Shown: one piece after another, positions 57,960-64,000 of the stretch
Position numbering within the stretch: position 1 is the first letter of the stretch
How the letters are laid out: each line of letters begins with the position of its first letter
Assembly (NCBI GenBank): GCA_963717845.1
Contig: CAVQXH010000001.1
Coordinates: 45,825 to 109,824 of the forward strand
Direction of reading: 5' to 3'
Length of the DNA stretch: 64,000 nucleotides
Origin: an uncultured Actinomycetes bacterium
GTDB lineage: Bacteria > Actinomycetota > Thermoleophilia > Gaiellales > JAICJC01
Notes under the pieces: model-generated
The model's database searches: none
Seen by the model: only the letters and a program-made list of their open reading frames with translations
Told to the model about the DNA's origin: nothing
Translations under genes and position numbers: made by a program

Positions 57960-59948
57960 TCAAGCGCGGCCGTCGAGCGCCGCCCTCGCGGCCGGGTCTG
58001 CGATCTCGCCGAGCGCGACCGCCGCGAGCCGGCGCTGGTCGTCGCTCTCGGCAGCCGCCAGCACGCGCACGAGGAAGGGCACGCCCTCACGATCCCGGCG
58101 GCGGCCGAGGTCGGCGATCTGGGCGCGCAGAGCGGCGTCGCGGGCGGTCGCGGCGCTGCGCCGCGGCTCGGCCGCCGGCCGCCGCACGAGCGGATAGAAG
58201 CCCTCCGTCTTCTCGAGCATGCCCGCCGCGATCATGCGGTCGAGCTGGTCGAGCACGTCCTGGTCGGTCATCCCGGCGAGCGCGCCGTAGGACGGCAGCG
58301 CGTCGTGGCCGGCGGCCCGCAGCGCCCGCCCCGCCGATCCGCGCAGGATCTGCGACAGGCGCGTCCGTCCCACCGCCCCGGCGGTGTCGTCGACGGCCTG
58401 CAGCACCGCCGCCTCGACGTCGGCGGAGCGGCCGGGCCGCGCCCTGCGGACCGGCTCCACCGCGACGCCGGCGTCGAGCAGCATGGGCGTCCACCCACAG
58501 CGGTCGCAGCAGGGATCGGCGCGCGGGTCGGAGGGCCGATCGTCGAAGTACCCGAGCAGCGCCTCACGGCGGCAGCCGGTCGTGGTCGCATAGCCGTCGA
58601 TCGCCTTCAGCCGGTCCCAGCGCTGGCGCTCGACCCGCTTGCTGGCCACCATCGCAGCCGCCAGATGCCGGCGGTGCAGCCGCGTGTCCGCGAGCCGGCC
58701 CGAGAACGTGCCCATCGGCGCCGGGAAGAGCTCGAGCGCACCGGCGCGCTCGAGCGCGGCCACCGCCGCGCGCGGCTCCTCGACCGGCAGCGCCCGCTCG
58801 GCCGCGCGGAACACGCCACCGGCGTCGGCGACGTCGGCGAGGCTGCGATGCACGGCCTCGAGGGCGGCCCCGTCGAGCTTCGCCCGGTTGATGAAGTACA
58901 CGGTCAGGCCCTTGTCGCGGGGGGCGTAGAGCAGCGTGCAGCGGGCGGGCTCGCCGTCGCGGCCGGCCCGGCCGGCCTGCTGGTAGTACTCCTCGGGCGA
59001 GGCGGGGAGCGCCCAGTGCACCACCGAGCGCACATCCGCCTTGTCGATGCCCATGCCGAAGGCGGTCGTCGCAGCGACCACGTCCAGGTCGCCGGCGAGG
59101 AAGGCCTCGAGCGTCTCGGTGCGGCGGTTCGCGGCCAGGCCGGCGTGGTAGACGGCCGCGCGCAGCCCGCCCGCGGCAAGCGCCTCGGCGACCTCCTCGC
59201 ACGTGCGCCGCCGGCCGCAGTAGACGACGGCCGGCAGCGCTCCGGGGGCCTCCAGGAGCCGCCGGAGCATCGCCGGCTTGGCGTGGTCGCCCGCCACCGG
59301 CACCACCGCGAAGGCCAGGTTGGGGCGATCGAAGCCGGTGCGCGGCATGACCGGATCGCGCAGCCGCAGGGCCGCCACGATGTCCTTGCTGACGCGGCCG
59401 GTCGCCGTCGCCGTGAGCGCGATCGTGGGCGGCGATCCCAGCCGTTCGCGCACGTCGGCGAGCCGCAGGTAGTCGGGCCGGAAGTCGTGCCCCCACTCCG
59501 ACAGGCAGTGCGCCTCGTCGACCGCCAGGCGGGCCACGCCGACCGCGCCGATCGCATCCAGGAAGCGGCGGCTCGAGAACCGCTCGGGGGCGACGTACAC
59601 GAGCCGCGCCTCGCCGTCGCCGATGCGCTGCAGCGCGGCGGCGACCGCGTCCTGGGACATGCTCGACGTCAGCATCTCGACGCCCTGCAGACCGCGGTTG
59701 CGAAGCGCGGCGTACTGATCCTCCATGAGCGCGATCAGCGGCGAGACGACCAGCGTGACGCCGTCGCAGAGCAGGGCCGGGAGCTGGTAGCAGAGCGACT
59801 TGCCGGAGCCCGTGGGCATCACCGCGAGCACGTCGCGACCGGCCATGACGGCGTCGACCGCCTCGCGCTGGCCGGGCCGGAACTCGTGGAAGCCGAACAG
59901 CTGCCGCAGGCCGGCGGCGACGTCGATGGGCGGCGAGGCCGAGCTCAT
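57960..59948 (-). CDS. recQ: RecQ-family ATP-dependent DNA helicase
   Basis: The ATG at 59948 forms an ATGA overlap with the upstream MFS stop. Motifs are FRPGQREA, MPTGSGKSLCYQLPA, DEAHCLSEWGHDFRP, TATAT and QQAGRAGRDG, plus a zinc-binding Cys cluster. The frame is intact over 662 aa. Confidence 0.9.
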   Translation of the reverse strand: MSSASPPIDVAAGLRQLFGFHEFRPGQREAVDAVMAGRDVLAVMPTGSGKSLCYQLPALLCDGVTLVVSPLIALMEDQYAALRNRGLQGVEMLTSSMSQDAVAAALQRIGDGEARLVYVAPERFSSRRFLDAIGAVGVARLAVDEAHCLSEWGHDFRPDYLRLADVRERLGSPPTIALTATATGRVSKDIVAALRLRDPVMPRTGFDRPNLAFAVVPVAGDHAKPAMLRRLLEAPGALPAVVYCGRRRTCEEVAEALAAGGLRAAVYHAGLAANRRTETLEAFLAGDLDVVAATTAFGMGIDKADVRSVVHWALPASPEEYYQQAGRAGRDGEPARCTLLYAPRDKGLTVYFINRAKLDGAALEAVHRSLADVADAGGVFRAAERALPVEEPRAAVAALERAGALELFPAPMGTFSGRLADTRLHRRHLAAAMVASKRVERQRWDRLKAIDGYATTTGCRREALLGYFDDRPSDPRADPCCDRCGWTPMLLDAGVAVEPVRRARPGRSADVEAAVLQAVDDTAGAVGRTRLSQILRGSAGRALRAAGHDALPSYGALAGMTDQDVLDQLDRMIAAGMLEKTEGFYPLVRRPAAEPRRSAATARDAALRAQIADLGRRRDREGVPFLVRVLAAAESDDQRRLAAVALGEIADPAARAALDGRA

Positions 59949-61435
59949 CCGCGCACCGCGGGCTCGGTGGTGGCGTCGGCCGGGAAGTCGGCTGCTGCGG
60001 CGCCCGGCCGCGCGTGCGCCCGCCCGGGCGCCTCGATGTCGCGCCGCAGCCATAGGCAGGCGACGACGCCGACGGCGCTCACGGCGGCGACCGCCAGGTA
60101 GGTCAGGCGCACCGCATGGACGACCGCCGGGACGTGGGCGCCGGCATGTTCGGCGGCCTGGATCTGGTGCGCCGAGAGCGTCGCGGCGAACACGATCCCC
60201 GCCACCGCGGCGCCGGTGCCGGAGCCGACCTGCCGCGTCAGCGGGATGCTCGACGTCGACCGGCCCTCGCGGCCCTCACCGCCGTCGGCGAGCACGGCCG
60301 CGAAGAGCGCCGGGCTGGCGATGCCCATCCCGAGGCCGGAGAAGGCGTAGGCGATCATCGGCACGGACGCGCCGCCGATCGGCAGCGCCATCACCACCGT
60401 CGCCCCGCAGGTCATCGCCGTGCCGAGCAGGATCTGATTGCGCGGCAGGGAGTTGATCCGGGCCGCGCCCATCGAGCCGGCCGTCCAGCCGAGGGTGCAC
60501 AGGAGCAGCGCGACGCCGACGAGCCGCACGCCGGAGAGGGTGTAGCCGGGCAGGTCGATGCCGTGCGCGAAGCCGACCTGGAGCTGCAGCGGCAGGTACG
60601 TCTCGGCGCCGAGGAAGGCCACCCCCGCGCCGAAGGCGGCGACGTTGGCCGCGATCGAGTTGGCCGTGTGGGTGAAGACCGGGGCGGCGGCGCGGCGCTC
60701 GTACCACACGAAGAGGGCGGCGGGCACCGCCGCGAGCGGCAGCAGGAGCTCGGGTGCAAGCCACTTGCGGGTGACCGCCAGGAGCACCGCGACGACGGCC
60801 CCGAGCAGCACCGGCCCCACCAGGTTGAGGGGCTGGCCGCGATCGGCCGGCTGGGGCCGCGGCCGGCCCCGCAGCGAGAGCGCGCCCGCCCATGCGACGG
60901 CGGCGATCATCGGCAGGTTGATCCAGAACACCCACCGCCATCCGACGGTGGCGGTCAGCACCGCCCCGAGCAGCGGCCCGACGAGCGCCGAGACCCCCCA
61001 CATGGCCGCGTTGATCCCGAAGGCCCGCGGCCGCAGGGCGTCCGGGATCGAGACGGCGAAGAGGCCGAGCGGCACGGCGAACATGAACCCGGCGCCGAGG
61101 CCGAGGATCAGGCGCGAGAGCGCGACGACCGGCATCGTCGGCGCGAGGCCGCCGATCACGTTTGCGATCGCGAACAGGCCGCAGGCGACCGCGAAGCTGC
61201 GGCCGACGCCCTCGCGGTCGATGACGGCCCCGGCCACGGGGAAGGTCATCGCGACCGCGACGGTGTAGGCCCCGACCGTGACCGCGATCAGGCCGACGCC
61301 GCCGATGTCCTGCGCCGCGGTCGGCAGCGCCGTCGTCACCATCAGCGCGTCCAGCGACCCCAGGAAGGTCGCCCCGAGCGCGGCCACCATCAGCGCCCCG
61401 TGGTTGCGGAACAGGGCCGCGTAGCTCGGCGTCAC
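59945..61435 (-). CDS. DHA2-type MFS transporter (14-TM class)
   Basis: 496-aa hydrophobic ORF with WRWVFWINLP between TM5 and TM6. The frame is intact. Confidence 0.85.
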   Translation of the reverse strand: MTPSYAALFRNHGALMVAALGATFLGSLDALMVTTALPTAAQDIGGVGLIAVTVGAYTVAVAMTFPVAGAVIDREGVGRSFAVACGLFAIANVIGGLAPTMPVVALSRLILGLGAGFMFAVPLGLFAVSIPDALRPRAFGINAAMWGVSALVGPLLGAVLTATVGWRWVFWINLPMIAAVAWAGALSLRGRPRPQPADRGQPLNLVGPVLLGAVVAVLLAVTRKWLAPELLLPLAAVPAALFVWYERRAAAPVFTHTANSIAANVAAFGAGVAFLGAETYLPLQLQVGFAHGIDLPGYTLSGVRLVGVALLLCTLGWTAGSMGAARINSLPRNQILLGTAMTCGATVVMALPIGGASVPMIAYAFSGLGMGIASPALFAAVLADGGEGREGRSTSSIPLTRQVGSGTGAAVAGIVFAATLSAHQIQAAEHAGAHVPAVVHAVRLTYLAVAAVSAVGVVACLWLRRDIEAPGRAHARPGAAAADFPADATTEPAVRG

Positions 61436-61450
61436 GCGGAGCCTCGCCTG

Positions 61451-62347
61451 TTAGGGATGCTCGGCGTAGATCTTGTCGGTCGCCGGGTGCGTCTTTGTGA
61501 TGTGCCGCTTGAAGAGCAGCTCGTCGTAGGTGAGCCCCGCCGCGGCCCCGACCAGCTGGGCGAGGTGGAAGATCGGCATGCCGAAGTCGATGTCCGCCTC
61601 GCGGGCGGCCTTGCCCTGCCAGGCGTCGAGCGAGAGGTGGCACAGCGGGCACGGGGTCACCATCGCGTCCGCGCCGGCCTCCTTCGCCTCGGCCAGCGGC
61701 TGGATCAGCTCGCCCAGCGCGACCTCCTCGCGCGCGAGCACGATCGGGAAGCCGCAGCACTTGATCTTCGACGGGTAGTCGACGGGCTCGGCCCCGCACG
61801 CCTCGATGATCCGCTCGAGCGACTGTGGCCGGTCGGGATCCTCGAACCCGAGCAGCTTGGACGGGCGCAGGATCTGGCAGCCGTAGAACGGCGCGATGCG
61901 CACGCCCGTGAGCGGCTTCTCCGCGATCTGCTTGAGGCGCTCGTAGCCGTCGCCCTCGGCGATCTCCCACAGCAGGTGGCGCACCTCGACTCCGCCGGCG
62001 TAGGGGGCGGCGCCCACGTCGCGCAGATTGTGGTTCACGCGCTCGAGCAGCTCGGGGTCGGCCTTGAGCTTGATGTCGGCCTGGCGCAGGTTGAGCGTGC
62101 ACACGTTGCAGATCGTGAGCAGGGTGGTCTGCTCGAGCTGCTCGGCCTGCCCCAGGATGCGCGCGTTCAGGTGCAGGTAGTACTCGGGCCGGGCCTCGTG
62201 CACGTCGCCCGCGCCGCAGCACGTGAACCCGGGGATGTCGACCAGCTCGATCCCGAGCTTCTCGCAGATCGCCCGGGTCGAGACATCGAGCTCCTTCTGG
62301 GACAGGCTGGCCAGGCAGCCCGGGTAGTAGGCATAGCTCTGCTTCAC
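61451..62347 (-). CDS. HdrB-like CCG-domain subunit of a non-classical succinate dehydrogenase/fumarate reductase
   Basis: GTG at 62347 preceded by GAGGAGG, forming a GTGA overlap with the sdhB stop. It has two CCG motifs (FTCCGAG and IKCCGFP) with flanking Cys (YYPGC, CPLC). Confidence 0.8.
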   Translation of the reverse strand: MKQSYAYYPGCLASLSQKELDVSTRAICEKLGIELVDIPGFTCCGAGDVHEARPEYYLHLNARILGQAEQLEQTTLLTICNVCTLNLRQADIKLKADPELLERVNHNLRDVGAAPYAGGVEVRHLLWEIAEGDGYERLKQIAEKPLTGVRIAPFYGCQILRPSKLLGFEDPDRPQSLERIIEACGAEPVDYPSKIKCCGFPIVLAREEVALGELIQPLAEAKEAGADAMVTPCPLCHLSLDAWQGKAAREADIDFGMPIFHLAQLVGAAAGLTYDELLFKRHITKTHPATDKIYAEHP

Positions 62348-63339
62348 GTGCCCGCCTCCTCGCGGTCGACCGAGACTCCGGCGCGCTTGCTCTTCAGGGA
62401 CTCGGCCTCCTGCGTCTTCAGGAGCTTGTGCAGCTTGCGCACCTCGTCGAGCTTCTTCGCGCGGTGCGGCTTGAGCGGATTGGGCACCTTGCCGGCCCGG
62501 GCCATCTGCATGGCGAACTTGATGTCCATCGCCTTCAGCGGATCGGTGTAGGGCACGAGCGCCGTCTCGAGCAGGTACCCCGTCGTCCGGGTGGAGACGT
62601 CGAACACCTGCGCGTGGCGGGCGCCCTTGTCCGAGAGCATGCCCTCGGCGTAGATCTCGGCGCCGATCTTGGCGATGGCGTCGCGGGGGTCGACCCCCTT
62701 CGGGCAGCGCTCGTTGCAGAAGTAGCAGCGGGTGCAGTCCCACACGCCGTGCGGCCCGTTGTAGAGCTCGAGCCGGCCCTTGCGGTCGCGGTCGCGCACG
62801 TCGCCGACGAACTTGGCCCCCTTGGCCAGCGCGGCGGGGCCGAGGAAGTCGGGGTCAGAAGCCATCGAGTTGCACTCCGAGACGCAGCACCCGCACTGGA
62901 TGCACAGCGCCTCCTTCATGATCCGGTCGAGCTCCTCCTGCTGCACCCGCCACTCCTTGACCGGCGGATGGTCGTCCTCCTCGAGCCACGGCTTGACCGC
63001 CCGGAACTTGGCCCAGAACGGCTCCATGTCGACGACCAGATCCTTGACGACGGGCAGGTTGCCCATCGCCGAGATGACCGGCACGCGGCCCTCCTCCACG
63101 AGCGGCGCCATCGGCGTCTTGCACGCCAGCACGGCGGCGCCGTCCATGCGCATGCCGCAGGAGCCGCACACCGCCATGCGGCAGCTCTTGCGGTAGGTGA
63201 GCGACCCGTCGACCGTGTCCTTGACGACGTCGAGCACGTCGAGCAGCGTCGCCGTCTCCTCGGCCTCGACCGTGTATTCGTGCAGGCCGCCCAGCTCGGT
63301 CTCCGGATTCCAGCGCTCGATCTTGAGGGTGAACTGCAT
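62344..63339 (-). CDS. sdhB: Succinate dehydrogenase/fumarate reductase iron-sulfur subunit with long Lys-rich C-terminal extension
   Basis: Contains the 2Fe-2S motif CRMAVCGSCGM and the 4Fe-4S clusters CIQCGCCVSEC and CTRCYFCNERCP. At 331 aa it is longer than typical SdhB. Confidence 0.9.
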   Translation of the reverse strand: MQFTLKIERWNPETELGGLHEYTVEAEETATLLDVLDVVKDTVDGSLTYRKSCRMAVCGSCGMRMDGAAVLACKTPMAPLVEEGRVPVISAMGNLPVVKDLVVDMEPFWAKFRAVKPWLEEDDHPPVKEWRVQQEELDRIMKEALCIQCGCCVSECNSMASDPDFLGPAALAKGAKFVGDVRDRDRKGRLELYNGPHGVWDCTRCYFCNERCPKGVDPRDAIAKIGAEIYAEGMLSDKGARHAQVFDVSTRTTGYLLETALVPYTDPLKAMDIKFAMQMARAGKVPNPLKPHRAKKLDEVRKLHKLLKTQEAESLKSKRAGVSVDREEAGT

Positions 63340-63352
63340 GCGGCCTCTCTGT

Positions 63353-64000
63353 CTAGTAGCTGCGTACCGCGGGTTGATGCTCGGTGATCGTCACCGGCTT
63401 GTAGCCGAGCGCAACGGCGCCGTCGGCGTAGCTCGTGAGCGTGTGCTTGAGCCACTGCTCGTCGTCGCGCTCGGGATAGTCGAGGCGGCTGTGGGCGCCG
63501 CGGCTCTCGGTGCGCGCGACCGCGCCGGTGACCAGGCAGTCGGCCATCTCGAGCATCGAGCCGAGCTCGAGCGCGCCGATCAGGTCGGAGTTGAACGTGC
63601 GCGACTTGTCCTGGATGACGACGCCGAGGCCGCCGTTGTAGCGCTCGCGCAGGTCGGCCACGTCGGCAGCGCACCGCTCGAGCTTCTCGGCCGAGCGGAA
63701 GATGCCGGCGTTCTCGTACATCGTCTCGGCCAGCGTGTCGCGCAGCACGTGCGGGCGCACGCCGTCGAAGTTGTAGAGCAGCTGGCGGATGCGGCGCTCG
63801 GCGACCCGCACGGCCGACGGCGAGAACACCGCGTGCGCGCCGTTGGAGCGCACGTCCTGGGCGGCGGCGGCGCCGGAGCGGCGGCCGAAGACCACCGTCT
63901 CGAGCAGCGAGTTGCCGCCCAGCCGGTTGGCGCCGTGCACCGAGACGCAGGCGCACTCGCCGGCGGCGTACAGGCCGGGCATGATCGTGCGCCCCCACAT
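63353..64000 (-). CDS. sdhA: Succinate dehydrogenase/fumarate reductase flavoprotein subunit, C-terminal part (gene continues past window end)
   Basis: Contains PGLYAAGECACVSVHGANRLGGNSLLE and SRGAHSRLDYPERDD. It is truncated by the window edge. Confidence 0.9.
   Translation of the reverse strand: MWGRTIMPGLYAAGECACVSVHGANRLGGNSLLETVVFGRRSGAAAAQDVRSNGAHAVFSPSAVRVAERRIRQLLYNFDGVRPHVLRDTLAETMYENAGIFRSAEKLERCAADVADLRERYNGGLGVVIQDKSRTFNSDLIGALELGSMLEMADCLVTGAVARTESRGAHSRLDYPERDDEQWLKHTLTSYADGAVALGYKPVTITEHQPAVRSY

Overview
Very GC-rich bacterial chromosomal segment (roughly 70% G+C or more by eye, not computed). Gene content looks actinobacterial: class E sortase, SigK/RskA-like ECF pair, ask-asd, ffs-dnaX-ybaB-recR, OtsA and TreT trehalose genes, an MprF-like synthase. 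A deep-branching lineage such as Thermoleophilia or Rubrobacteria is only a guess. I can support about 64 protein-coding genes, 2 tRNAs (Val-CAC, Ser-GGA) and a long-form SRP RNA. I saw no rRNA, CRISPR array, integrase or transposase. Most of the window is housekeeping or envelope genes packed into operons, many joined by 4-nt start/stop overlaps. The main oddities are these. (1) About 22 mid-gene reading-frame changes in 11 conserved genes, all in the +1 direction and including essential dnaX. This most likely reflects insertion-type consensus errors, so every apparent pseudogene here should be read with that caveat. (2) A compositionally foreign, lower-GC, Lys-rich orphan ParA/MinD-like ATPase with a deviant Walker A, next to a heavily frame-broken phosphoesterase gene. 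(3) A cluster of membrane-associated nuclease and phosphoesterase genes: anchored thermonuclease, small membrane protein, metallophosphoesterase, SbcD-like nuclease, and an SbcC-like ATPase with a central TM hairpin. (4) A secreted protein built of three tandem two-Cys repeats. (5) A Bacillus-type long SRP RNA. (6) A non-classical succinate dehydrogenase with an HdrB-like CCG subunit. I did not find a convincing self-contained novel multi-gene system. The candidates above are flagged with their limits.
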